This document shows positions 1 to 13,272 of a DNA stretch of 64,000 nt, piece after piece (within the stretch, counting starts at the first letter, position 1; every line of letters starts with the position of its first letter). The stretch comes from Amphiscolops sp. MND2022 (taxonomy: Eukaryota), in the NCBI GenBank assembly GCA_964187785.1, contig OZ076409.1, forward strand, positions 86,988,001 to 87,052,000, in the 5' to 3' direction. The translations under genes and the position numbers were made by a program. Below the pieces are notes generated by a model, which was not told the origin of the DNA, made no database searches, and saw nothing but the letters and a program-made list of their open reading frames with translations.

Positions 1-750
1 TACAAGTAAAATTCATGCAAGCAACAGTTTACATGCTCAACAATTAATGAAGGCCCTATTCGGCTTATGGCCGTTGGGGTTTTCTAATTCAGTCCCATCA
101 AAATATGAGAAACCAACAATTACATGTTAACAGTGTATATATCTGTTTTTTGCATGGGGTGGGTTATTTGCATCCTCAAATCACTAATTAACTGGAATAC
201 TAATTTCACATGGCAAGTATACAGCATTTGAGTATTCATCGTGTCAAGCGGCCGTGATAGGCTTTATTTACTGTATAGCACCAAGACAATTAATACAGTG
301 AATAGGGACGGCTATGTCGCATAGCCGCTTTCGTCCTATTTGTAATTACTGAATATCATTCAAGTATAGCATCAGAGCACAATAAGGCCGGCAAAGTTAA
401 TTGGCCGTATTGGTCCATTCTACATGGCTACTAGCACAGTTACGTAATGAGTAATAAGATGGCTATTACTAACTGCACTCTGATTGGCCAATTGACCATA
501 GGCGGCTTAGCTAGCCATACTGAACAGGCAAACATTTGAACACGTTTCCTTTCTGCCTGTCAGTATGGCTTGCTGTCAAATGTATTTTACATAAGAAATA
601 ACAATACAATTCATCAATCAATATTACATGTTCAAAATAATACTAAATGTTTGAAAGTTTTGGTTTACAATGGGAGCGTCCCAGGTAGGGCGATTGGCCT
701 CGTATGGTCAATCGTGTAAATGTTGCCATCGCAGGCGGCAGCCTGCGACA
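1..750 (-). mobile_element. Partial LTR running off the window start (Gypsy-type)
   Basis: Read on the minus strand it begins TGTCGCAGGCTGCC, the same terminus as the LTRs at 20056 and 25062; a similar terminus occurs at 63953. Confidence 0.55.
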
Positions 751-2517
751 AGCAGAAAATTTTGAAGTTTCGTTTTTTCAAATAGGCCTCACTCTCCCAT
801 TCTTTCAATTTAGGAAATTCGAAACGAACGACTTGTAAAAAGTAAGCGAGGTCTCAGAATCTGTAACATGGTTGTGTACGATAATGTTATTTTAGCATTA
901 TAATGTTAAAATATAGGAAACGTTATAACCAATGAACACTTTTTCAACAGGTTCCATATTTTATTTGACTGGATTGATTGTCATTTAAACAGCTAGCATG
1001 AAACGAACTGAATTGAATGTGCATTTTGTTACTTGGTGATTAAAATTTTCCTTCAGAATGAAAATAGCAGCTGGAAGGCTAAACACAATTGTGGATCACC
1101 ATCATTGCTAAATCATCGAATACACGCTACAATTCCCACTTGAAACTTTTTATTCTAACGAAACCTGTAGAAATTCAGTTTACGGATATTCATGTTAGTT
1201 TTAGTGACATTTCAGTTTGTAATTTGTTTGATGGTATTTTCCCAAGTTCACCATCATGGCTCATTCTCGGCTTTTCATCCATGAACATGGATTTTTCCTG
1301 GCTTTTCATTCATGACTAATGTTTCTCACGGAAATATGAGAAATTATCAAGTATGAAATTTAAGAGTTTTTCAAAAATTGTTTGTTTGAAGTCTACTTGT
1401 TGTATATGGTAAACTCGTCTTATAGCATAAATGGGTAATAATCACTATCAGAGATCATGGATTTTCGTCATCGATCAAGTGCCAAGCGAAGTGTGTGTCA
1501 TCATGTTGGGGGAGGGGGAGAGACATACACCCGTGGTCTGCAAATAACTTATAAGAACTTATTCAACTTTATAAGACTACATAATCTAGTAACCTTTTTC
1601 GGTTTTATATAAGCATATAGATCAGCAATCTCTGTCCCAAATATAATGTTACAGTCACGAATCAAAATTTTCATCCAGTTCTACTTACTCATACTATTTT
1701 ATTACATTAGCACGCAAACGTACATAGAGCACAGTATATAAAGTCCCATTTGGCTTTCCGTCATCACGTAATTCAGGGTTCAAGGCTGTCGTCCGTTTCC
1801 GGTCAACTACTTAACAGCGCAGAGATCATGCTATCCTTTTGAATGCTATCATTCAAAAGCGGTGGCTTCAATGCAAGTGCCATAGTCCATATAGGCTAAC
1901 TCAGTCCAACCCTTGAAATTGTTTCCTCATTCGCTGTCATTGCTCTGCTTTACATTTGGTGTCCAATATTTCAAAATTTACAGTACCAAACAAAATAAGC
2001 AATGAAGATTGATATAAAATAGTTTTAGTTTTAATTGTCTCTCCTTTGTGTTGGTTCTTTAGTTTATAGGAACAGTTATCGGGAGAACTATTTGATAACT
2101 GTACATCATTAAATACAAATTGCAATCACATGCGGCACACTGGGACACTCCCCTGAAATTAACAAGAACGTCTCCACGCGCATACCTTCGCAAAAGCTAG
2201 ACCCCTCTATTGAATTATTCAATCTGGGGTTTCTCCTGGTACGGCTGTTTCATGCATAGTCGATGATTGTCTCGTCTTGTATTTGTTCCACTAATGTTTC
2301 ACTGACAAGACAGTCAATTTATTTTGCTATGTTTTGTTTCTCAGCTATGATCATGCCATGCAAATGGTTTATCATCATCAGCAGAAGTTGCGCAGCAACA
2401 ACACATACAGTCGTAGACTGTTAGTGCCCTTAATATGGCTGTCTATCTCTAAACGAAAGCGACAGTGCATTATCTACCATGGTGATTGAATTTCTGCATA
2501 TATTGATAGGATGAAAG

Positions 2518-2920
2518 TTTTTAGTCGGAGCTTTTCTAGTGAAAAGAGCCCGACTATTATAGTGGATAGTTTTCTTTTCTTTTTTTTTCGTCAGACCACA
2601 GACCTCATCGTGTATGTACCACTCTTTACAGAAACTGATAAGACTACTCAGGCCAAGTCCGGCCAATGCAAACTTAGTGCAAAGGGTCCCCCTTTCATTT
2701 TTCAGTTTTTTAACGTAACCTACAAAACCGGAAGAGACCAAAGGGTCCCCCCTTTCGATTTTTTTCGGCACTCTGCGAAATTGTTTTCGAAATTTGTTTA
2801 ATGTCTCAAAAGAGTCCCCCCTTCGAGTTTTTTGATATTTTGCAACAGAATGTATGTTAATGAATCCCAAAGATTCCCCCCTTTTCATTTTTCGGCACTC
2901 TGCAACATTTTTCGAAAAAG
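2518..2920 (+). mobile_element. 5' part of a Helentron/DINE-1-like non-autonomous repeat
   Basis: Closely matches the copy at 31598-32229: TTAGTCGG start, GCCCGACT inverted repeat, repeated AAAGGGTCCCCC units. Confidence 0.7.
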
Positions 2921-3220
2921 GCCAGCATTGACGTAACACTCTTGCAGTACCCAGAGTCTTCACTACTTGAGATGTTGATTCGGCTACTGCTGGTAGTAGA
3001 TTTGGACATCTCTTTTCTTCTTTCACTAATGCAACAGCGTGGACTCCTCGGAGGTGCATGCAGCTTTCGCGCAGCTGAAGTCCTTGGTATTCTTCCTGAA
3101 TGGCTGTCTCGACCAACGATGAACACTGCAGGCGTTTGAGTTGGCAAATTACAAATAGCATACAGTTCCTACACAAGATGCTTCAGCTCGTCTCACGTGA
3201 TTTTCTTCAGATGTGACGTG

Positions 3221-3632
3221 GGCTCTTTTCTGTTTTCCCCCCCACCACCAAAATTTTTGGAAGTAAATTTCCTTAAAAACTTTAGACTAGCCTAATTAAA
3301 AGTGAAACCTTCTTTCATAATGGGAAGTTAATGTCTATTGGAATAGTGTTCTGCTTTAACATAACATTGTTCACGCTTTTTGACTATAATTATGTTCGCA
3401 TTAAGTGTTTATTGATTACTCAAAACAGGAAGCTGTTGACTTCTTCATCAAAAATGCGTGACTACATATTGAAAAAATGTGAACAAAGTTTGTATCTGAA
3501 TCCTAAACTGTCACACTAAGAATAAATGTAAATTTGAAGCTTTCTGATTTGTATTTAAGTTTTTTTGTTATTAGATTTTCACTAATTTTTCAAAAAATTT
3601 TTTGGTGGTGGGGGGGAAAACAGAAAAGAGCC
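3221..3632. mobile_element. MITE with about 38-bp terminal inverted repeats and an 8-bp TSD
   Basis: TIR GGCTCTTTTCTGTTTTCCCCCCCACCACCAAAA at both ends; GTGACGTG duplicated at 3213-3220 and 3633-3640. An 8-bp TSD fits hAT, P or Merlin; superfamily not assigned. Confidence 0.85.
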
Positions 3633-3640
3633 GTGACGTG

Positions 3641-4762
3641 TTTCTAGAAAAGTTTTATAGTCGGAGAGACTCCAACTATATCACCTTCGGACAATTTTGG
3701 CAGTTGTTCTACAAATTATGTTATCGCTCTATCTTGCGGAAGTTCGTACTTTGCAATACTGACTGGTCCGGCCTTTGCAATTGCTATCAAGGATCTTCAT
3801 CAATTTTCCGGCCGTGCTTTCCTTCACTGGCTCAAGTTGATGTCTGACTTTGACGTCAAGTGCCAAGGCGCTGTGGAAGCGTTGCGACAAGAAAGTGACT
3901 CCCACAAGCGTTGACGAACTGACTGCCAGTAGCTATGTGGTCTTCCTCATCAAGTGACAGTTGGAGACGTCAGACTCAATGCAAACATCGTCCGCGGCAT
4001 GTCTAGCTTTGACATGCATATCTAGCGGCATGTCTAGCTAGTTTTCTTCTTTTCTCACCCCTAGAGCAACTTGCAGTCTGGTTTGGTTTTATTGCTCTTT
4101 TGAAGTTTCCTCTTACGAGACTGTTGTGCCGGGTCATCCGAACCAGATTGCAGAGACGAGTACCTTTAACTCGTCGACTGTTTCCGCCACACTTATTTAG
4201 TTATTTGGACTCTACGGACTCTCTTGGTCTAGTCAGAGACATGATTGTCTTGTTCTCTCTGCTCCCAGCTTTAAGTACCCGTCGACACTTGCTTTACGTC
4301 TATCACTTGTGCTGTTCATGTCTCACTGGAGCCAGCCCCGAGTTTCCCGCTATCCTGCTTCAAGATGTGGACACCCTGATCCTTGTTGTCGCCTTTCGGA
4401 TGTCTGGCTTTCAGTTCAGTCTCATCTGTCAGATTGTTCCCGGTTACATGGCAGTTCCTACTACTGAGTCAGCCAGAGCCGAGTACCGAGATCTGGACTC
4501 CCAGTTCAGTTCTGGCAGTGTTGCATGTGACCCTTGGTCACACCTTGAATACTTTGGGCGATCTACTACTAGTAAAGTCTTGAGTTCTGCACAAGTCTCT
4601 AAAGTCTTACATTGGTCATCCAGTCCGGTTCTCCTTTGGTGTCAACTATCAGAGATAGATCAGTTATTCGTTCCCCTGACAATGGTTAAAAAAGTCGACA
4701 TCCCTGCTGCAGAGATTTCAAAGACTCATCATGAGCTCTGGGAAGAGCCTTCGCAAACTTAA
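3641..4762 (+). pseudogene. Decayed homologue of the Gypsy antisense transposase-like gene (C-terminal part)
   Basis: Motifs RGMSSFD, YVYHLCCSCLTGASPEFPA, VQSHL (alternate frame) and CDPWSHL occur in the same order as RGV*CFCP, RVFKLCCVAVLRPRIDFPA, VQSCV and FDPWDGL in 47247-48465. Confidence 0.65.
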
Positions 4763-4892
4763 CTTGCAGTTTCGTAAAAGTTAGTTAGGGCACTTGATCA
4801 ATGTATTATTGTTTTTCATAGCTTTTGTCATTGGATAGTCAGATTGATCCCATGTTATATATCTCAACAGGGGCCTTATTTCAAATTTCAGA

Positions 4893-5752
4893 CTAATATT
4901 TGTATTCATCAATAAAGTTGTGAGCGGGGTTACATCGAAGATTATATGTTCCGCCTGTAAGATTCGTGTTCCAATTAATATATTCATTGTTCGACATTGC
5001 GTGAATGTTACTCTCTCCCCCCTTGTTTGGTGGTTTGTTAATAGCAGTTTGATTTGTTGCTCTATCCTCATTGTCATTTTCAGCCGATTTAGGAGATTTA
5101 CAAATGGATCTTGTTGGTCTCGCTAAGTGCACGTGTTAGGCTTTCCGAAATTTTCAGTGGCGCTGCTCCCTTTATTTGCTTCAGGGACGTAACCGGCTAC
5201 GGTGCTCTTTGCATAATCTTCCAGATGTCGTGTGCGTGCGTCCGGACTGTTTGCTTTTTAGGGCTCAGAAACTTGGTAATCAAAGTCAAAAAATGGTATA
5301 CAAGTCACTTTGTTAAACAATATTTTTTTCATCAGCTGAAATATTTTCATCACAACTTCTGTGCTTTAAGCTGTATGCAGGGCAAATATTTCGAGTCTGA
5401 TTCATTGCAATTGTCGCCGGGTTTCCCCTGCGAGATGTCCGGCGTGCAGCACCGATTTGTGTTCTATTGGTATTTCATTGGCCCATAATCTAGTTGTCGA
5501 TAGGAAAAATTTTCAAAAGAACGAATAGACCAACGCCATCTGTAATCTCGAAAAAGCGCTCTAGATCCTCGATTGACAGTTTTTGGTGGTTGTAATACGA
5601 ATCAGAATTGTTTTTCTTTGAGCGGACCGTTAAAGTTTTACGGTCGTAGTAGTCCTTGTGTTTGAAATAGGATTGCATGTGTTTTGTTTTGTTTCAATCA
5701 GTAGTTGCGTCATTTTTGGTGTCCATGGTCGTCGTTACAGTTCTTTATGCAC
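4893..5752 (-). pseudogene. pol: Gypsy pol remnant, integrase C-terminus
   Basis: MQSYFKHKDYYDRK matches MLSYLKYKKYYDRK, and GGTYNLRCNP matches AKYNLRPNP, in the intact pol at 48685-53778. Confidence 0.75.
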
Positions 5753-6996
5753 CTGGTTATCAGACCTACGTGTAGGTTGCTTTGAAGAACTTTGTACTTG
5801 GTCATTCGAGCTTGAAGTACTAGTTTCATCATTTCTAGCATAGGGTCCTTCAGTTGACCAATTATTGATTGGAGGGCGTTAAACTTTCTCTCATAGCTAT
5901 GTTTTATTTCAGATGTTTGAGACGACACACTGGAATCTCGTACAGACTCAGTTTCTGCAGTTTGGGGTCACTCATTATCACGGATACGGATGATTGTCTG
6001 TGAGCTGTCAAATCATGAATTCTTCCGCTTCTAAGTTTGGTACCTTCTTCTGAACTCATACGATGAACAAGCGACTATTTTGAGTAAAGACTGGATTGTC
6101 GAGGATTTTCCGATGAAACCTTGTTTTATCTTTTGAATTTACCGATTTTCTAATTTGTCCACTAATTTGAACTAAATCGAATCGAACAGTTGTAAATTAT
6201 TAATGTACTTATTCACTATGAGAATACGATGAATTGTATCTACTACTGTCAAGTTGATTCTACTGCTTTTGTCTCTCTCTGCAAATCTTGTAAATTAGGA
6301 AAGCAAGAAGTGAGGTTAGTTCTGGATAAGGCAATAAATAGTCAGTTTAAGTTTGAGATTTTAATGTTAACGTTGGCAAGGTTGACTGAACGGCTAAAAT
6401 GTAACAACTGTGTAGTACGCAGTATGAGTTTTCACTGACAAGTCACCTTTTGCGATTTTCCTTTGGCAAATTGCGTGTCATGCTTGGTTGGTAAAACTCA
6501 ATTTCATATCAACCCTTCTTTCTCATTTTTTAGTTCGCCAGGTGGTAATTAGTAGTCGTGTGACTACCATTGGCTCAATTTGCCACTGGATGGCCAGAAC
6601 CAATGCTAGGATAGCACAATTTACAAATCTGTATATTACATCACTTTACACTTAGAAATCATCAACGGAGCATTATTGCAGCACTATGGTGATGTAGAAA
6701 CTTCCACACTAATTACAACAAGAGGTATATTCTCACCACACATACTGAGCACAGATGAATTAACAATAAACTAACGTATATCATCTTCCAATATTGGAAA
6801 TTTACTCTTTTATAGATGAATTTATGATGAAGTTTCCTCAACTCTCTGACAAGCAAATATACTCTAGCTGTGTCAGAGTAACGTTCTACTCTGCTCTTCA
6901 TCAGGTCATACAAAACCGATGCTTTTGCTTGTAAGGAAACGAGAAAATGTTGATGATGGATTAGGCAAGTTAATATTGACGGGGTAAAATGGACTC

Positions 6997-7284
6997 TGTA
7001 AAATTCTATACTTCGGCTTCATAGATTTCGTTGAAAACAGTAAGAGTTCAAGATTATTTGATGAGAACAGTAGCAATAATAAAGTGGGTTGTTCAATCCC
7101 GCCGTTTTCAAATCAACTCAATCTCCAACAGGAAACAAAATTCCTAACTGACGTGAACAGATGATTTGAATAGCAACACCTTTTTCGAGATTATTCAGAA
7201 CGTGTATGAACAAAAAGTAGATATTTTTGACATGCAAACATTTTCGCGAACAAGTTCTATTCGCTGATAATTTGCACGGCAACA
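6997..7284 (-). repeat. BEL 3' LTR
   Basis: Direct repeat of 14530-14837 with scattered substitutions and two short deletions. Confidence 0.9.
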
Positions 7285-7473
7285 TTCTCCGGGCCCAAGA
7301 AGATGAGGAATGTTTGATGATCTAAAAAAAATACCTTCTCAATTTTTTTAAAATTTCTTTCTTATCATTTTTCAACATTTTTTTTTACTTTTTTCATAAT
7401 GGCTTTTGAACGAAAATAGAAGATACATGTTCTAAAGATACATGTGGTTTAACAGTTCAATACAATAAACGGA

Positions 7474-8919
7474 TTACGATGAATCAGTTATATCGGGGGA
7501 AGGAAGTACTGGGGCTAGTTTCACGACTAGACGGACGAAGTTTCCGGACGTGGTCTTAACTTCGGCAGAGCGGGCGACGGCATCGCTGCCAAAGTTGAGT
7601 TTAACGACGCGCGCGAGTGGGTAGTAGCCTCTCGGGCTGGTGGGTTCTACGATCCAAACGAGATCTCCGGTTTTCAATAGTCTGTCGGACTGTGTGTGCC
7701 ACTTTGAGCGACGATTCAGAGTCGGTACGTATTCTTTCAGCCACCTGTTCCAGATAGCGTCGGAATAGGCCTGTGCGCGTGCATATCGCTTGCGGTGGTC
7801 AAAATCATAATTAGAATGGGACGGTAGAGACGAGCGAGCTGTTCCAAGCAAAAAGTGGTTGGGTGTCAACGCATCCAAGTCAGTTGCATCTGTGCTTGTT
7901 GGAACCAGCGGACGAGCGTTGAGGCTCTGCTCCACAAGACAAAACACAGTTGTTAGGATTTCGTCAGTCAAGCGTCTATTGCCGAGAGTCGCATAGAAAG
8001 TATGCTTAAAACTTCTCACTAGTCTTTCCCAAACACCAACATGGTGTGGGGCACTAGGTGGATTGAACTTCCAGTTGACACCTTTCTTCACCATCGACTC
8101 AGCAATTGACTGATGATTCCACTGGAGGATGTTCTGGAGAAGCTCTTTCTCCGTTGCAACAAAATTGGTTCCATTGTCTGACCAGATAACGGAGGGGATG
8201 CCCCGACGGGAAACAAATCTCTCAATTCCCATGACACAGCTGCTGGTGTCCATTGAGTGTACGACTTCAAACTGGACAGCGCGCGTTGTTAGGCATGTGA
8301 AGAGAAATCCCCACCGCTTCTCTGTGGAGCGTTTAACAAAGACGTAGAAGGGGCCAAAGTAGTCCACACCAGTATTTGTAAAAGGTCGTGATGTAAATGC
8401 CATGCGTTCTTTTGGCAGATCGGACATTATCGGGGTCAGTGTGTCTGCTTTCCGTTTGCGACATGTTACGCATCTGGTTTGGATCGTTCTCAATGTAGTT
8501 CGCAGTTTGACAATGGCGAATTTCTGCTGTATTAAAGCTCTCAAGTATTCTACGCCCTGGTGGCAATGTTTCTCATGTAGATGTTCCAGAAATAATCGAA
8601 CTGCGGGGTGTCGACTGTCGAGCAAGATAGTGTGTTTGACGTCGAAGTTGGTAACTTCTAGGTGTCTTGTTCTACCTTGAGCACGGAGACGGCCGTTTGG
8701 ACCAATCAAGGGCGAGAAATCTTTGGTGAACGAAGGCTTGCTCGAAGGGCAAGACTTGAGCAGACTTTTTGTTTCGTTCGGGAACGATTCGGACTGTACT
8801 AAGAGAAACAATTTCTGCTCAGCACTTTCAAATTTGTTAGGGTCAGTAATTGCTTCTGTTTCAGTTCTGTTACAAGAGAATTTCGGTGGAATACGCAATA
8901 TGTAGGCCACAATGCGCAA
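7474..8919 (-). CDS. pol: BEL/Pao integrase (fragment of pol)
   Basis: HHCC zinc finger (HEKHCH...CVTC); D-D-E triad in GVDYFGP, SDNG and WERL; LTPNHFL and W...Y motifs typical of BEL integrases. Confidence 0.93.
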   Translation of the reverse strand: MRIVAYILRIPPKFSCNRTETEAITDPNKFESAEQKLFLLVQSESFPNETKSLLKSCPSSKPSFTKDFSPLIGPNGRLRAQGRTRHLEVTNFDVKHTILLDSRHPAVRLFLEHLHEKHCHQGVEYLRALIQQKFAIVKLRTTLRTIQTRCVTCRKRKADTLTPIMSDLPKERMAFTSRPFTNTGVDYFGPFYVFVKRSTEKRWGFLFTCLTTRAVQFEVVHSMDTSSCVMGIERFVSRRGIPSVIWSDNGTNFVATEKELLQNILQWNHQSIAESMVKKGVNWKFNPPSAPHHVGVWERLVRSFKHTFYATLGNRRLTDEILTTVFCLVEQSLNARPLVPTSTDATDLDALTPNHFLLGTARSSLPSHSNYDFDHRKRYARAQAYSDAIWNRWLKEYVPTLNRRSKWHTQSDRLLKTGDLVWIVEPTSPRGYYPLARVVKLNFGSDAVARSAEVKTTSGNFVRLVVKLAPVLPSPDITDSS

Positions 8920-9039
8920 AAGTTTCTCGTGCGAGCTGTACTTTTGCCATTCAAGGGTTAGGACATTAGAAGCTACACTTGCTGTATTTGCTGTTGTCTC
9001 TTGGTGTACTGGCCCGGTATTGACTTCAATGGAATCAAA

Positions 9040-10341
9040 TTACTTTAATTTTACTTTCAGGATCTCTTCCGACAGCTGGAAAGGCCAAGCAGGTGTCATC
9101 AAGAACTTGGGGCCTTTGAGCCGAGGACTGTCCAAAAGGGCGTTCGCCGACAGGCCGCGAGTGCCCGCATCTGTCGGGTTGTCGGCTGTTTGCATGTGGT
9201 TCCATTCATCAACTGTCGTCAGCTCAAGAATTTCGGCAACTCTGTTGGCAACGAATACGGGCTTCTTGTCAATGGAGTGGAGCCATTGAAGAACAGTTGT
9301 ACTGTCGGTCCACATGAAGGTTCGTTCAACAGATACAGTGAGTGCTTGTTGGATTTCATGTTTCAGTCGGGCTGCTAAGAGCGCAGCTTGGAGTTCCAAC
9401 TTTGGGGTTGTGAGAGCTTTCATTAGGGCAACACGAGCTTTCCCAAATACAAAGGCTACTTGAGTTTCAGTTTTTTCGTTTAAGCTCACTCTGGCTCTGA
9501 GGAAAGCGACAGCGGAAAAGACATCTTGGGAGCTGTCTCCGAATACGTGTAACTCGACTCGTTCCATGGTTCCGTGAAAATAGCATCTCGGAATTGCTAT
9601 TTCACTCAAGTTAGGAAGCTCTTCAGCCCATTCAAGAAACTTTTTGCAAACGTTTTCAGGCATATTGTTGTCCCATTGTTGCCCGCTTAGGCGCCAAATG
9701 TCTTTCAACAAAAGGCGGGCTGTTACAGTGTATGGCGCGACAAGACCAATGGGATCATACACTGCGGACACCAAGCTAAGGACAACACGCTGTGTTAATG
9801 GTCGGTTCAAGTCAGGTGTTGTTCCTCTGCTGACAACCAAAGTGTCACGACTGTGGTTCCATTTCAAGCCCAACACGTGAGAAGTCTCCTTGTCTGTTGC
9901 TAAGACTTTCTCAGTCGATTCGGTGGGTTGAGAATTAGGGTCGACGCTATTGACCAATTTTGGAACATTGCTGGCAAGCTTGGTTAGTTTGAAACCACCT
10001 TTGGCTAACATTTCAACAAGATCTTGAGCCTTCTTGGTTGCTTCGAGGGATTTCAACTGCACTACGTCTGAAAAGTAGTTGTTTGGGAGACTACCCTCGT
10101 CATCAGCCAACAGCATACCGACCTGATATCGGCATCCGTCATGGTATGTTGTTTCTTGCAGAATTTTCGACGCTCTAGCATCGGAAGCAGAGCGCGGGTC
10201 TACTTGTTTCATCGCAGCAAAAGACTCTAATTCATACCAACTCCGAAGTTGATCGGCCAACTTGGAGTCACTCTCAATTTGCGTGACAGCTTTAAAGCAA
10301 GTCGAGACGAGTCCCGAAGTCGAAGGCAATGGTCCACTCAA
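9040..10341 (-). pseudogene. pol: BEL/Pao pol fragment with RT core deleted and RNase H retained
   Basis: LPNNY...LKSLE is joined directly to ATKKAQDL...GGFKL, with no YxDD. Followed by VLGLKW, YDPIG, LHVFGDSS, PKLEL, WTDS and FVANRV. Confidence 0.9.
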
Positions 10342-10359
10342 AACCCAACCTAACTGTAT

Positions 10360-10761
10360 TCAGACGGCAATTGGAGTATTTTTTCGGTCTGATTCAAAAT
10401 ACTCCAACAGGCGGATTGAGTGGAAAACGTTTTGACCCAGTATCATTTCGACGTCTCCGTAACTGTATTTTCTCAGAGCAACGGGCTCCAAGTGAGGGTA
10501 CTGTTGTTTCAATTGGTGAACAATAATGACATCATTTCCAACATGCACGTTTTTTCTGACGTAAGGTTTGACATCGAAAGTAGAGCAAGAGTCACCCGAA
10601 TGAACAGGTGTCAACTTAAGCTCAACTATTTGAGTGTCAACAACTTGTTGCGAATTGATACCATGAACGGTTAGTTTGGTCGGTGAGCCCTTTACGTTCA
10701 ATTTGGTTGCGAGATCTTCGCAGATCCAAGAGTGACTGCAGGCAGAGTCGCACAGAGCCAA
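10360..10761 (-). pseudogene. BEL aspartic protease region, frameshifted
   Basis: ALCDSACSHSWI active-site-like motif and MILGQN; lies between gag and RT. Confidence 0.8.
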
Positions 10762-13272
10762 CCCAACACCTTGACAGAAGAAGTTGACGTATGAACTTCA
10801 ACTTCAGTTATTTGGAGAAGTCCTTTCACATCACTCACGGAACAAACTCCGGAGCTTTCTCCAGCTTTATTCACAGTTGTTTTGGAGCTACGCGAACCAG
10901 TTGCTTGGTTAGTGGACGGTTTCGGTGTTGTTCTTGGTTGGAAAACTCTCTCTGCGCCATATTGCAGGGTGTTGTGAGAGCTGTTACATCCATCTTTGTT
11001 GCACTTGCGTGGTTGCGGACATTGTCGGAAAGATTGGTTTCCATTCAGACAGGAGAAACAAAGTTTGTTTTCGGCAACAATCTTTGCTCTATCGGTAGGC
11101 GTTTTATCAAAAAACACGCGACAGCGCCACAGCGGATGGCTGTCTTTGCACACAATACAGTTTGGTTGCACTCGGTTGGGCTTGGTTCCGATTCCATTTG
11201 AAGATGAGCTAGAAGTAGCAGAGGCAAAAACTTTCGCACCAAATTTTGTTCGAGTAACGGATTGCGAACTGTCATCGTTCTTGGGTTTTGTGGTTGAAAC
11301 TTTCATCCTCTCGTGTGCTTCGGCCTTGTCTTTCAGCCAGTCGTTAAAATCCAGGAGGGTTGGTCGACTCCAATCTTTTTTGACAGTGTGCATGGACCAA
11401 GCTTCCTTCATGTTCGGGGGAAGTTTCGGTACAGCTTGGCCCAAAAGTGCCGCACTCGACAAGTCGTGGTCGTATTTCAAGGAGCGAAAAACTCCTACCA
11501 AAGCTGAAATCGTTGCAGAAAAAGCAATCTTGTTCTCACTGTTGTGCATTTTCAACGGTGGGAAGCCACTCAGTTTGTCCAAGTGAGCGCTTACAACAGC
11601 GTGTGGTTGACCAAATTTACGCTTGAGAGTCTTAAGAGCCTCTTGATACATTGTGCCGCAATAAGCCTTGCCAGTTACAAGCGTTTTCAAGTATGTGAGT
11701 TTAACATCATTCGAGAGTGGAGCGGCGTCGATAGCACTTCTGAATTGACCTATCCACTCGTGCCATTGCAGTGAGTCCCAGTTATATTGCTCTAGTTTCC
11801 ACTCAGGAAGATGGTCCTTTTTGGCGGCAGTCAGTAGTTGCGCAATATCTTGTACAGTAACTGAAGTTGTCGTAGTAGGGTGAACGGTTGAGTGAGCTGT
11901 AGTCGGAAACGTCGGAAAAGGGACGTTCACTGGGGTTGTTGTAGACGGTGACATTGGTAAAGTCGTTACTGGAATAGTTGTTGTGAGAGGATTATAGTAG
12001 AAAATTGTTCCTCCACTTTGGATTGGTACAACTGGTGTAAAAACACCGGTGTTGGTCACTTTCGGGGCTGCAGTTGTGCTCGGTGAAGTAAACTCGCCAT
12101 ATGCTGCTGCGGAACTGCACCTTGTGCTGTTGGGAAGCGACTCTGGCTGGAAATGTCCAAGCAGACAAGTTCGGTATGACATGGCTTGTCGGAATGTTGA
12201 CTTGAGTCTTTGTCGTAGCGGGAGTGACAGACGGCTGTACTTGAGGCAACAATGTCCTACTGTGTGGATTTACAATCGGCACTGTCATGGGAGAAACAGT
12301 ATTCGACTTAGTAGTCACAGGTTGTGGTTGAAAACATGGCAGTGTGTTAACCGCAGCAGGTGAAGGCGAAGTACTGGTTGGCCTCAGAATGGTAGAATCA
12401 GACGAAATGCCAATTGGGGTAATCTGACTTTGTCCCGGTCCAATATTGACATCAACAAAAGATCTCGCTGCTGGCGTTGCTTGTCTGATTTGAACAACAT
12501 CGGTTAATTCGGGAATGATTGCGGGGTTGGACGGTCCCGCTACATTGTTGAGTTCCACCGAAATTGTCTGCTGTTGGTTTGAAACACTGTCGGGTTCATT
12601 AACTTCATTAACCCAGTCAGACACTCTCTGCGACGTTGTTTGCTTCGAGTGTTTACTAATGTGAGACAGTGTTTCACGAAGTTCGTCAGTCGCTTGAGAC
12701 AAGTCGTCAGTCAACTCCAATTCAGTGAGCTTGTCTTCGGCAAGTTTTCGTCTGTTATCTTATTCTAGTTCTTCCAATTGGAGAGCTTGTTCTTCTTCCG
12801 ACCTCTCTTTTTCGCAATCCAATTGTTTTTGAGCGACCTCTTGTTTCTGTTTAGCCGAACGAATGGAGTTCGCATTTTGTCGTTCTAGTTCCTCTCGAAG
12901 GTGGGTTGCTAGAAGAAGATCTTTTTGTCTTTGACTTGACGTTTTTGTTCTATCAGAAGTTGATGGTTTTTTGGTGGCCCTTTCGTTGACTGTGCCGACT
13001 GATGAGTGGGACTTCACATCGGATCCGGTGCAACTGTCGATGTATTCACGAGGTCTTCTCAAAATTTCGTCATTTTGCTCAGTGACTTCACTCAACCACT
13101 TTTCTAAGTCGGCTTGAATTGTTTCTGAGTCAGACGTTTTAGATGAAAGTGTAATCAACTGCTCGTTTCTGTCAAAAGCTTTTCTCATTGCATCTTCAGT
13201 TTCTTTGACAAGACGTTCGACTCGATCTCCATTTGTAATGGAATCGAGTATCTTTTGTTGGAGTGTATTCAA
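10698..13272 (-). pseudogene. gag: BEL gag, broken across ORFs 12760-13272, 11992-12720 and 10698-12182
   Basis: Coiled-coil N-terminus, P/T-rich linker, capsid-like W..W..QF...KLTYLK, and three BEL-type knuckles CIVCKDSHPLWRC, CFSCLNGNQSFRQC and CNKDGCNSSH. Confidence 0.88.

Noticed and set aside
2430..3176. 248-aa minus-strand ORF, and similar ORFs at 31454 and 62804-63994
   Set aside because: Chance frames through the non-coding Helentron-like repeat.
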